Assembly: GCA_012517065.1 (NCBI GenBank)
Contig: JAAYVR010000228.1
Span: 6,502-70,501, forward strand
Length of the DNA stretch: 64,000 nt
Reading direction: 5' to 3'
Source of the DNA: Verrucomicrobiota bacterium
GTDB taxonomy: Bacteria > Verrucomicrobiota > Verrucomicrobiia > Limisphaerales > J093
Below, piece by piece: positions 37,799-46,308 of this stretch. Under the pieces are notes generated by a model that made no database searches, was not told the origin of the DNA, and saw only the letters and a list, made by a program, of their open reading frames with translations. Each line of letters opens with the position of its first letter. The stretch's first letter is position 1. A program made the position numbers and the translations under genes.

Positions 37799-39142
37799 AT
37801 GAAAGACACACTGAGGTCAGAAATCGTGTGCACGAAACAACGGCGGATAGCGGAGATAGCACGTCAGCATCCATTGGAACGGCTGACCGCACTGAACCAC
37901 TATCTGGATGTAGAGTGGCTGAAGGAAGCCTATTGGCGGATCAGGCCTGAGAGTGCGCCTGGGGTTGATGGGCAGAGATTCAGCGACTACGGAGAGCACC
38001 TGGAGGAAAACCTCAAGTCCTTGTTGGAACGGGCCAAGAGTGGGCGCTACGTTGCTCCGCCGGTACGGCGGGTGTACATACCCAAGGAAGGGAGCAATGA
38101 GAAGCGGGCCATTGGGGTACCGAGCTGCGAGGACAAGGTATTGCAACGGGCAGTGGCGATGATACTGGAACCGATCTGGGAGGAGAGCTTTTACGAGTTT
38201 TCCTACGGATTTCGGCCCGGCAGATCGCCGCATCAGGCCCTGGAAGCCTTTTGGCGAGGGGCCACCGAGCATGGGGTGCGATGGGTGCTGGAAGTGGACA
38301 TTCGGAAGTATTTTGACAGTGTGAATCGGCAGAAGCTGATGGAGATACTGAGTGGACGGATCGGGGATGGAGTGATACTGCGGCTGGTGAGCAAGTGGCT
38401 CCACGCGGGGGTAATGGAAGATGGGCAACTGCACTATCCCGAAGCAGGGACACCGCAAGGAGGGGTGATATCACCTCTGTTGTCGAACATCTACCTGCAC
38501 GAGGTCTTCGACAAATGGTTTGCGGAGGTTGTGCGTGGGCGGATGGAAGGCAAGGTGGTGGCGGTGCGGTTTGCCGACGACCTGGTGATCGGTTTCACGC
38601 ATCGGAGAGATGCGGAGCGGGTATATCAGGTTATTTTCCGGCGATTCGCGAAGTACGGGCTGCAGCTACACCCGGAGAAGACGCGGCTGGTGCCGTTTGG
38701 GCGACCTGAGAAAGGGGGCTTGGACGGGGATCGGCCACATCGAGCTGGGACGTTCGACTTTCTGGGGTTTACTCATTATTGGGGGAAATCCTGGAGAGGG
38801 TATTGGGTGATCAAGCGCAAGACTGCGAGGAAGCGACTACGACGGACACTCAAGTCGATAGGCGACTGGTGCCGACGGAACCGGCATAGCGGGATGTTGG
38901 ACCAGTTTGTGGCACTGGTGAGGAAGCTGGAGGGGCATTATGCCTTTTACGGGATAACCGGCAATGGGCGATGTCTTGAACAGGTTCGAGCCGGGGCACG
39001 ACGAGTGTGGCGGAAATGGTTAGCGAGGCGCAGTCGAGGTTCTGAGAGCCTGAGTTGGGAACGGATGCAGCGGTATTTGGACGAGACATTTGTCTTTCCG
39101 CCAGTGCGCATTGTTCACAGCATCTACGGTGCGAAGCCGTAA
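37799..39142 (+). CDS. Group II intron reverse transcriptase/maturase (no endonuclease domain)
   Basis: RT blocks: APGVDG, RRVYIPKEGSNEKRAIGVPSCEDKVLQRAV, YGFRPGRSPHQAL, LEVDIRKYFDSV, GTPQGGVISPLLSNIYL, VRFADDLVIGF. X/thumb region: FDFLGFTHYWG...YYAFYGITGN. It ends without HNH/En motifs. Confidence 0.9.
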   Translation: MKDTLRSEIVCTKQRRIAEIARQHPLERLTALNHYLDVEWLKEAYWRIRPESAPGVDGQRFSDYGEHLEENLKSLLERAKSGRYVAPPVRRVYIPKEGSNEKRAIGVPSCEDKVLQRAVAMILEPIWEESFYEFSYGFRPGRSPHQALEAFWRGATEHGVRWVLEVDIRKYFDSVNRQKLMEILSGRIGDGVILRLVSKWLHAGVMEDGQLHYPEAGTPQGGVISPLLSNIYLHEVFDKWFAEVVRGRMEGKVVAVRFADDLVIGFTHRRDAERVYQVIFRRFAKYGLQLHPEKTRLVPFGRPEKGGLDGDRPHRAGTFDFLGFTHYWGKSWRGYWVIKRKTARKRLRRTLKSIGDWCRRNRHSGMLDQFVALVRKLEGHYAFYGITGNGRCLEQVRAGARRVWRKWLARRSRGSESLSWERMQRYLDETFVFPPVRIVHSIYGAKP

Positions 39143-39148
39143 CTGGAG

Positions 39149-39217
39149 GAACCGTGTGCGGGAAAACCGCTCGCACGGGTCTGTGGGGGAGCCGGTGGGA
39201 GACCACCGGCTCTACCC
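39149..39217 (+). ncRNA. Intron domains V and VI
   Basis: GAACCGTGTGCGG-GAAAA-CCGC(TC)GCACGGGT has an asymmetric 2-nt bulge like domain V. It is followed by GGGGGAGCCGGTGG-GAGA-CCACCGGCTCT(A)CCC, with a bulged adenosine like the branch point of domain VI. Confidence 0.7.
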
Positions 39218-39226
39218 GGATTTGCG

Positions 39227-39420
39227 TCCTTGTTGGATGTGCGTATGTGGCAGGTGGATGTACTGAATCAGTTCATTTGCCGGCGCGTTCGGTTGCCAAG
39301 GGGCGAAGTGGCCGCGGAGCAACCACCTTTTAGCGGGGCGAACAAGGCGCTGATAGCGGCGAGCACCAGTTGGGCATTATAGCAGCGCAAGCTGGTCGGT
39401 CTGAGGCGGAGCCTCGCCAG
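39227..39420 (+). repeat. Module G (right part of island IV)
   Basis: TCCTTGTTGGATGTGCG...CTGAATCAG...TTCGGTTGC...GGCATTATAGCAG...GTCGGTCTGAGGCGGAGCC aligns by eye with 50027-50225 over about 190 nt (roughly two-thirds identity). Confidence 0.65.
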
Positions 39421-39527
39421 GGAACTTCTTGTCATGCGGCGACGGGGAAGGTACGGTCAATGCCCCGCGCCGTTTGCAAGGCATTTGGTTTTTGTCAGGC
39501 AAAAGAAAACGGCACGGAGTTTGGTCA

Positions 39528-40775
39528 ATGGCTGAGTCATATATCCAGGAATTGTTCGCTGAGCGAATTGGCGGTCGGCTTTACGGAAAGGGCACCGCAA
39601 TTTATAAGTTCGAGCAAATCAAACGCGCCAAACGCGCCGCGCTGGCGGCAAATCCGGGCGCAGAGATTCTCGACCTTGGCGTGGGTGAACCTGACGAAAT
39701 GGCGTTTCCTGAGGTTGTCGAACTGCTGGCCCATGAGGCGCGCAAGCCCGAAAACCGAGGGTACGCTGACAACGGCGATCATGTCCTCAAAGAAGCGGCG
39801 GCGCGTTACCTTGACTGGGTCTGCGGCGTGAAAGGCATCAACCCTGAACGCGAGGTGATTCACAGCATCGGCAGCAAAGCGGCACTTTCGATTTTGCCGG
39901 CTGCGTTGGTGAATCCCGGCGATCTTGTGTTGATGACCAGTCCGGGGTATCCCGTGTTCGGTACGCACGCGCGCTATTACGGCGGGGTTGTCCACAATCT
40001 GCCGCTGCGCGAGGAAAACGGGTTTCTACCTGACTTCGACGAAGTGCCCACAGAGACTCTTGAACGGGCGAAAGTGCTGGTTGTGAACTACCCGAACAAT
40101 CCCACCGGCGCCTCCGCCACGCCCGAGTTTTACGAGAAGGTCGTTTGGCTGGCCAAGCGGCACAAGTTCGTCGTTGTCTCCGATGCTGCTTACGCGGCCC
40201 TTGTGTTCGAAGGGAAACCACTGAGTTTTCTGGCGGTGCCCGGGGCAAAGGACGTCGGGGTTGAACTCCATTCCTGCAGCAAGAGCTTCAATATGACAGG
40301 CTGGCGCTGCGGGTTCGTTGCCGGGAACGAACTGCTTGTTCGGGCTTACGGAGACGTCAAGGACAACACCGACAGCGGCCAGTTCCTTGCCATCCAGCAC
40401 GCCGCGGCATATTGCTTCGATCACCCCGAGATAACCGAGAAAATCGCCGCCAAATACTCCCGCAGAATGGACGGCCTGGTTCGCACGCTCCGCGACGCGG
40501 GCTTCAGTGCGAGAAAACCGAAGGCGTCGTTTTTCCTCTACGCCAAAGCCCCTCGTGCAGCGCAGCTTTCCAACGGCACGCGCGTAGAATTCAAGTCGGC
40601 AGAGGAAGTTTCACAATGGCTGATACGGAATCTCCTGATTTCTACGGTGCCATGGGACGACGTTGGTGCATACCTGCGATTCAGTGTGACCTTTGCGGCG
40701 CGTGACGTCGCAGACGAACAACGCGTGTTGACCGAGCTGGGCCGGAGATTGCGGTCGGTGCAGTTCGAGTTCTGA
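39528..40775 (+). CDS. Class I/II PLP-dependent aminotransferase, LL-diaminopimelate-aminotransferase-like
   Basis: The start is MAESYIQELFAERIGG..YKFEQIKRAKRAA. It also has LGVGEPDE, NYPNNPTG and the PLP-lysine region SCSKSFNMTGWRCG. The DapL assignment is from recalled N-terminal similarity only. Confidence 0.7.
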   Translation: MAESYIQELFAERIGGRLYGKGTAIYKFEQIKRAKRAALAANPGAEILDLGVGEPDEMAFPEVVELLAHEARKPENRGYADNGDHVLKEAAARYLDWVCGVKGINPEREVIHSIGSKAALSILPAALVNPGDLVLMTSPGYPVFGTHARYYGGVVHNLPLREENGFLPDFDEVPTETLERAKVLVVNYPNNPTGASATPEFYEKVVWLAKRHKFVVVSDAAYAALVFEGKPLSFLAVPGAKDVGVELHSCSKSFNMTGWRCGFVAGNELLVRAYGDVKDNTDSGQFLAIQHAAAYCFDHPEITEKIAAKYSRRMDGLVRTLRDAGFSARKPKASFFLYAKAPRAAQLSNGTRVEFKSAEEVSQWLIRNLLISTVPWDDVGAYLRFSVTFAARDVADEQRVLTELGRRLRSVQFEF

Positions 40776-40973
40776 AACTCGGCGAGGCTGGGCGTCAGAT
40801 CGGCGCACACGTGCGCGACCGTGTGTGCGGCTGCGCGGAACATTTACTCATTTTTCCGCCTCCCTCTTTTTGGTCACTCGCGACCGCGGATTGGATTAGG
40901 CGCTCCTGGTGTGGCGCACACACTCGAACTGCATTGGGCTCTGAACCTGCGCGAGGCTCCCCGCAAATTCGCT

Positions 40974-42287
40974 CTACAGCCCGACCTTCCGGAATCGGGT
41001 CTTCACATGACGCAGATGGAATTTCAGCGAGCAAATCCTGTCGATCTCCTTCGAGTCCAAATACCGCGCGACTTCTGCATCCTGTTTGAGCTGGGAAAGG
41101 AAATCGGCGTCAGTGCGTCCTGCGTGTTTAGCTTCCCATGTTTGCATTGCAACACGCTGGACGATTTCGTATGCTTGTTCACGCGTCAGCCCCTTCCGAA
41201 TCAGCGCCAGCATCACGGCCTGTGAATGCCACAAGCCAAGCGACAGATCAAGATTCCGCCGCATGTTCTCCGGATACACCAGCAGGTTCTGCATCAGGTT
41301 CGTCAGCGTGACCAGCATGTAATCCAGAAGAGCACATGCGTCGGGGAATATTATGCGTTCAGCCGAGCTGTGGCTGATGTCGCGCTCATGCCACAGACTC
41401 ACATTCTCGAGCGCCGTGATCGCGTGCCCGCGAATAACACGCGCCAGCCCTGTCAAACGCTCGAATGTGATCGGATTGCGTTTGTGCGGCATGGCGCTCG
41501 ATCCTTTCTGTCCTTTTGCAAAAAACTCTTCAGTCTCGAGAACCTCGGTTCTTTGCAAATGACGGAATTCTGTCGCCCATCTCTCCACACTCGCTGCGAC
41601 CAAAGCGAGCGCGAGCATGAACTCGGCGTGCACGTCTCGTTGGACTATCTGGCTTGAAACGGGCGCAGGGCGCAGCCCGAGTTTGCGGCAAACCTGAGCT
41701 TCAATTGCTGGCGACAGATGCGCGTTGGTGCCGACGGCGCCGGAGATTTTGCCCACTGCAACTGTCTTGCGTGCATTTTCAAGGCGTTGCAACGCCCGAC
41801 TGAACTCGTCATACATCAAAGCCAGCTTCAGTCCAAACGAGATTGGTTCCGCATGAATGCCGTGGCTTCGGCCGATGCAGGGTGTGTCGCGATGTTCGCG
41901 AGCGCGCTTTGCAATCGCTGTCAGGAGCTCTTTTACGTCGCTGATCAGCAGGTCCGCCGCCTGAACCAACTGAACTGCAAAGGCGGTGTCGAGAATATCG
42001 CTGCTTGTCAGGCCGAAGTGCAGCCAGCGGCTTGCGGGATCGTTCACGCGCTCGGCCACGCAGGTGGTGAACGCTATGACATCGTGATTGAGCGTGCGCT
42101 CGAGTTCCTTGCAACGCTCGAGGTCGAACGATGCGCGGCTTTTCAGCACTTCGCAGTCTTTGCGCGGGACGAGCCCTGCATTCGCAAGTGCTTCGACTGC
42201 CAGAAGTTCAATCTGCAGCCAGATTTCAAGTTTTCGCTGTTCGGACCACAAGTCCCGCATGGCGGGACGAGAATAACGCGGGATCAT
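40974..42287 (-). CDS. purB: Adenylosuccinate lyase
   Basis: Starts MIPRYSRPAMRDLWSE. Signature GSSAMPHKRNP. 437 aa. Confidence 0.92.
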   Translation of the reverse strand: MIPRYSRPAMRDLWSEQRKLEIWLQIELLAVEALANAGLVPRKDCEVLKSRASFDLERCKELERTLNHDVIAFTTCVAERVNDPASRWLHFGLTSSDILDTAFAVQLVQAADLLISDVKELLTAIAKRAREHRDTPCIGRSHGIHAEPISFGLKLALMYDEFSRALQRLENARKTVAVGKISGAVGTNAHLSPAIEAQVCRKLGLRPAPVSSQIVQRDVHAEFMLALALVAASVERWATEFRHLQRTEVLETEEFFAKGQKGSSAMPHKRNPITFERLTGLARVIRGHAITALENVSLWHERDISHSSAERIIFPDACALLDYMLVTLTNLMQNLLVYPENMRRNLDLSLGLWHSQAVMLALIRKGLTREQAYEIVQRVAMQTWEAKHAGRTDADFLSQLKQDAEVARYLDSKEIDRICSLKFHLRHVKTRFRKVGL

Positions 42288-43183
42288 CTTCGATTCATTT
42301 TGCTGCGAGCCATCTCAAGTATTCTGCGCTCGCGCTCGGTGAGGCTTTGTATTCCGTGCTGGCTGATTTTGTCAAGGATTGGATCGACTTCCCTGCTTAT
42401 GAACTCCTCGGGCGGCAAATCCTTGTCATCAAAACCGGAATTGCTGAAATCTCGTTTCCCTCTCGATGCGCGAGTCCGGATCAGCTCTGGCGGGCGAATT
42501 GTCCGGCGCGTCCTCTTTGGAAAGAACCGCAGAAGATTCCCGAGAACAATGTAGTTCGCGTACGCCACACCAAACGCCATGCCGCCCAGATGTGCGCCGT
42601 GTGCAACTCCGCTGTCACCGCTCAAGAGACCCAGAACCGCCAGCACCACCTCGACCGCAAGCAGGTACTTGGCTTTCATTGACACAGGAATGATGAAGCC
42701 AAGCAGCATGGTGATCGAAGTGTCGCGGTTGATCCATGCAAAAGCCGCTATCAGCCCAAAAACCCCTGCAGATGCCCCAACCACGGGTCCCACCCCAAAC
42801 TGGTTCGGCAACAACCACGCGCCCGCGACCTGCACAAGGCCGCCAAAAACGCCGCTTCCGAAATACAGTTTCAGGAACGCGCTGCGGCTCATGGCCATCT
42901 CCAGAGGCCGCCCAAACATGTACAACATCGCGCAGTTGATCAGGAGGTGAAAAGTCCCCGCATGTAAGAACTGGAAAGTCAACAGTTGCCAAACATGCCC
43001 GCGCGCCAAAGCACGGGGATCCAGGGGCAACCATTCGATGATGTCCCTCACGAACGGCTGCCGTGATTGGAGCGCAATCAGAATGAGCACGTAAACAACC
43101 GCGTTTGCAATGATGAGCACGACGCTCGTTGACCAGCGCCGGCTCGTCGGAGTGTCACGCAAATATGGTCGGTCACTCAGCAT
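42284..43183 (-). CDS. Rhomboid-family intramembrane serine protease
   Basis: Contains GASAGVFGL (catalytic Ser) and AHGAHLGGMAFG (catalytic His). It overlaps purB by 4 nt. Confidence 0.8.
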   Translation of the reverse strand: MLSDRPYLRDTPTSRRWSTSVVLIIANAVVYVLILIALQSRQPFVRDIIEWLPLDPRALARGHVWQLLTFQFLHAGTFHLLINCAMLYMFGRPLEMAMSRSAFLKLYFGSGVFGGLVQVAGAWLLPNQFGVGPVVGASAGVFGLIAAFAWINRDTSITMLLGFIIPVSMKAKYLLAVEVVLAVLGLLSGDSGVAHGAHLGGMAFGVAYANYIVLGNLLRFFPKRTRRTIRPPELIRTRASRGKRDFSNSGFDDKDLPPEEFISREVDPILDKISQHGIQSLTERERRILEMARSKMNRR

Positions 43184-43204
43184 TGCGCGTTCAAGGTAGC
43201 CGCG

Positions 43205-44218
43205 TTAACCGCCATTTTCAACGGTCAATTGCGGTTTCCGGCCTAGCACAACCACTGACGGATACCGCAGCCGGACGGTGCCGGACGGTCTTAACCCAAC
43301 GCTGCGCATCCAATCCCTGATCTCTTTCCCGCTGTAACAATCGCCGCGCGGAGTGTTGACCAGCATATTGATCCCAAACAAACTCGCGCCAACCGGGCCT
43401 GTCCGATTGTTACGCAAGACAAAATCCTTGACCGCGAGTCTGCCCCCGGGCGCAAGGGCTTGTGCTGCGCGCTCGATCAGCCGCATGTTCGACTCCGGAC
43501 CATACTGGTGAACCACATTCGAAAGCAGAATGAAATCGTATGGTCCGCCCAAATCCACCTCGAAAGCGTCGCCAATCAAGGTTGTGACTTGGCCTGCCAG
43601 ATTTGCTTTCTTGATGTTCTCGCGAGCCAGGGCGATCGCCTCCGCGCAATCAAGCACCGTCACGTGCAGCTTCGGCCAACGCCGGGCGAACGCTATTGCG
43701 TAAACCCCCGGGCCACCCCCGATGTCCAGCATGCGCTTTGCGCTGCGCAAATCAATCTTCGCCGCTGTTTCGGCTGCCTGGATTGACCCGGAAGCGGCCA
43801 TCGCCCGGCTGAACGCCAGAACGTCCCTGCGAAGCCGTCGATCTCCCACATCCGACGGCACCGGCGTCCCTGTTTTCACTGCATCAAACAAGCACGCCCA
43901 ACGCTCGTAAAGCGCTGCGTTATGAATAATCAATGCCTGTTGCGAGGTCGGCGAGTTCTTCAACAGAAATGACTCAGACAGACGCGAATTCGCGTATGCA
44001 GGGCCGCGCTTGACCAAAATCCCGAGGGAAACAAGCGTATCGGACAGCATTCGTATTGCCCGTTGGTCGGCTCGGAGTGCTTTCGCGAGCTGCACTGCAG
44101 TCATTGAACCTTTCCCAAGCGCATCAAACAAGCCAAGCCGAACGGCGACGAACAGAACCTGAGCTGCTCGATATCCTTGTGCGATCTTGTCGATGAGATG
44201 AGATCTCACAGTATTCAT
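43205..44218 (-). CDS. Class I SAM-dependent O-methyltransferase (family 2-like, with N-terminal dimerisation/wHTH domain)
   Basis: SAM motif I is MLDIGGGPGVYAIAFA. The start is moved to ATG 44216-44218 (MNTVRSHLIDK..). Confidence 0.7.
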   Translation of the reverse strand: MNTVRSHLIDKIAQGYRAAQVLFVAVRLGLFDALGKGSMTAVQLAKALRADQRAIRMLSDTLVSLGILVKRGPAYANSRLSESFLLKNSPTSQQALIIHNAALYERWACLFDAVKTGTPVPSDVGDRRLRRDVLAFSRAMAASGSIQAAETAAKIDLRSAKRMLDIGGGPGVYAIAFARRWPKLHVTVLDCAEAIALARENIKKANLAGQVTTLIGDAFEVDLGGPYDFILLSNVVHQYGPESNMRLIERAAQALAPGGRLAVKDFVLRNNRTGPVGASLFGINMLVNTPRGDCYSGKEIRDWMRSVGLRPSGTVRLRYPSVVVLGRKPQLTVENGG

Positions 44219-44279
44219 GGCGGGCCGAGTATGGGAAGTTGTGATTCTGTTTTGGAGCGTTTCCGCACCTGGGGCGTTT

Positions 44280-45974
44280 TCATCGGAGCGGTTTGCCGAG
44301 CTGGGGCGGATAAAAATATCCCATCGTTTGCACAGCAACGTCGTTCCTGTAAAGCCGGTCTTGCATGAGGCAAACCCTGCGGAAAGCCGCCGGGGTCGTC
44401 GTTGTGTAAATGCGGATTTCGCCCTCGAGTGCGGTGATTATCTCCTCGCGCCAATCCCCAATGCAGTCAGCAATTCCAATCACACGGCCTTCGATCCGCC
44501 CGATCTCGCGGCTCGGCCAGACAAACACTCGCTGCCCGACAACGTACACTTTTGTCGATCCTTCATGCCAATAAACGGCTTTCGGACTCAGATCGCCCAG
44601 ATTGATGTGCCCAATCAACTTGCCCGCCGCCGTGTAAAGCCAGTAATTGGTGCCGCCCTTGGCTTCGCCAGCATAACATTCCATGCCAGGCTCGGACGCT
44701 ATGATATCTCCGACCATTCCCTGTCCGTGCACATGGACGGTTCGTTCCGGGTTGCCCCAAATGAGGCGTCCGGTGCGTGCTTCAACGAGGCAAACAGCAT
44801 TGCTGTTATGCCGTGGTTCAATGCCATAGAATATCTCCAAGCCAGGTCTGATCGGGTCAATGTCCGCCACGTAACAAACGTCCGGATGCCCAAATCGCGT
44901 GTTCCACAGCGGGCGGCCATCGTCATCAATTACAGCCGCACCGATGACCACTTCGTCGCGGCCGTCGCCGTCCACATCCGCCGCGTGCATTCCGTGCATG
45001 CCCTGACCGCGGTAAGACGCGCAGTCGCCGGAGGCTTCCCATCGCCACTTCAGTTTGAGGTCGGGACCGTAGGCTTCCAGTTTTATAATCGTGTATGTGC
45101 CACGTTCGACGATGAGGTGGGGGTTTTGACCATCCAAATACGCAATGCCGAGCAAATTCCTCGAGTAATAGTTGTAATCTTTAAAGCCGTCCCGGCTCGG
45201 CCACGGCAGCCGTTGTTTCACGCGGCCGGTCGGACCGTCAAGCACGACCAAAAACTCCGGACCGGATTTGACATGCCCGGTGGGCTCGCGCGGATCTCCT
45301 TCGCCGCCCTTGCAGAACACCTCTGCTTTCCCGTCGCCGTCGAGGTCGTACGCAACGATCGGCGAATACCAGATTCCCTCCTCGATTGCCCAGCCCATGT
45401 CGTACCGCCACAGGAATGTGCCGTCATGCTTGTAAGCCTCGATCTTGTAAGTGTCTTCGCTCTTCTTCCAATAACCCGGCTGCTGGTACGGATCAGTGTT
45501 AAAGTCCGGCTGTTTAACGATGAAATCCAACCGCCCGTCACCGTCCAAATCGGCCAGGCCGATCTTCTGTGCCCGATAATTCCCTTGGAGCCGTATTCGG
45601 ACGTATCCGTGTGCACTTTGATCGATTCTTGTGGTGCCGGTGGAATCCAAGACACGGCCGTCGGCCACGGGCACGACTCTGTAATACTGCCGATTGCCCG
45701 GGGCGGGATCGGAAAAATCGCACTTGTCGCGCAACTCCGCCAGCAGGGTGCCACTTTCTCCGCTTTCGGCTGCGCCGTACACCCTGAACGCGATACTTGG
45801 TGGGTCATCGGCCAGCAACCGCCAGCTTATGTAATTGGCGCCGTCGGCGCGGCGCACGCCAACAACACCCCGATCTAAACGTTCGGCTGTGATCGCTTGC
45901 AGCGAGACAGCGGCGCACATCGCAGTGATCAGCGCCCGGCTGCAAAGCCCGTTAGAGAAAGTTCCCGGTCTCAT
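44280..45974 (-). CDS. Rhamnogalacturonan lyase-like beta-propeller protein (PL11/YesW-like)
   Basis: The signal peptide is followed by ERLDRGVVGVRRADGANYISWRLL...FRVY (RGL11 N-terminal pattern). Repeated DLDGDG/DVDGDG calcium-type blades follow. The C-terminus is IRIYTTTTP..LMQDRLYRNDVAVQ. Confidence 0.7.
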   Translation of the reverse strand: MRPGTFSNGLCSRALITAMCAAVSLQAITAERLDRGVVGVRRADGANYISWRLLADDPPSIAFRVYGAAESGESGTLLAELRDKCDFSDPAPGNRQYYRVVPVADGRVLDSTGTTRIDQSAHGYVRIRLQGNYRAQKIGLADLDGDGRLDFIVKQPDFNTDPYQQPGYWKKSEDTYKIEAYKHDGTFLWRYDMGWAIEEGIWYSPIVAYDLDGDGKAEVFCKGGEGDPREPTGHVKSGPEFLVVLDGPTGRVKQRLPWPSRDGFKDYNYYSRNLLGIAYLDGQNPHLIVERGTYTIIKLEAYGPDLKLKWRWEASGDCASYRGQGMHGMHAADVDGDGRDEVVIGAAVIDDDGRPLWNTRFGHPDVCYVADIDPIRPGLEIFYGIEPRHNSNAVCLVEARTGRLIWGNPERTVHVHGQGMVGDIIASEPGMECYAGEAKGGTNYWLYTAAGKLIGHINLGDLSPKAVYWHEGSTKVYVVGQRVFVWPSREIGRIEGRVIGIADCIGDWREEIITALEGEIRIYTTTTPAAFRRVCLMQDRLYRNDVAVQTMGYFYPPQLGKPLR

Positions 45975-46193
45975 GCTGCAGTTCCCCTACCTTTTATCGG
46001 ACCTCTTCACAACAGAAAAGTTTAGGTTAGGGCATCGACCACAGACACCACACACGACGCGGATAGGTATATTGTGCCAGGCACAGAATGTCATCTGCAC
46101 CGATTCCGGTGCGCGACAGAGCGCCAACCATACCCGACAGTCATGCTGTCTTTGTCGATGCCTTCGCCACAACCTTTGTCTTATGCACAAACA

Positions 46194-46214
46194 ACGTGCC
46201 TGTCCCCATATCTG
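46194..46214 (+). repeat. Solitary A-motif copy upstream of the sugar ABC operon
   Basis: CTTTGTCTTATGCACAAACAACGTGCCTGTCCCCATATCTG has the same extended context as the copies in islands I, II and VI. It lies about 95 nt upstream of the ATG at 46309. Confidence 0.7.
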
Positions 46215-46308
46215 CAGCCAGATGTACCAAGGCGTTGAATTGGGTGAGATTCCGTAGTTAGCAGGTGTCCGGAATTCGATTGCGGTCGATCTGTGCTGTG
46301 TTAAGAGA

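Larger units (their letters stand above)
37379..39221 (+). mobile_element. Group II intron, apparently full length (about 1.84 kb), with ORF in domain IV
   Basis: Candidate 5' end GUGUG at 37379. RT/maturase ORF at 37799-39142. Domain V-like hairpin about 39149-39182. Domain VI at 39185-39217 with bulged A at 39214. The 3' end ..GGAT lies 7 nt after the bulged A. The boundaries are inferred. Confidence 0.8.

Noticed and set aside
37799-39142. Reverse transcriptase as part of a retron, DGR or RT-based defence system
   Set aside because: The ORF has the maturase X domain and is followed by canonical domain V/VI structures. I saw no msr/msd-like inverted repeats, no template/variable repeat pair and no accessory effector genes. 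A second, truncated ribozyme copy in the window supports intron mobility.
39216-39227. 12-nt identity CCGGATTTGCGT between the intron 3' junction and each unit of the 8383-8835 tandem array (for example 8410-8421), hinting that the array derives from intron target or domain VI sequence
   Set aside because: The match is too short. Flanking similarity (ACCGGTGG upstream at different spacing) is weak and does not hold up in an alignment. It is noted only as a lead for a proper alignment.
44217-45878. 553-aa plus-strand ORF
   Set aside because: It is a shadow ORF antisense to the well-supported PL11-like lyase gene, with no recognisable motifs.
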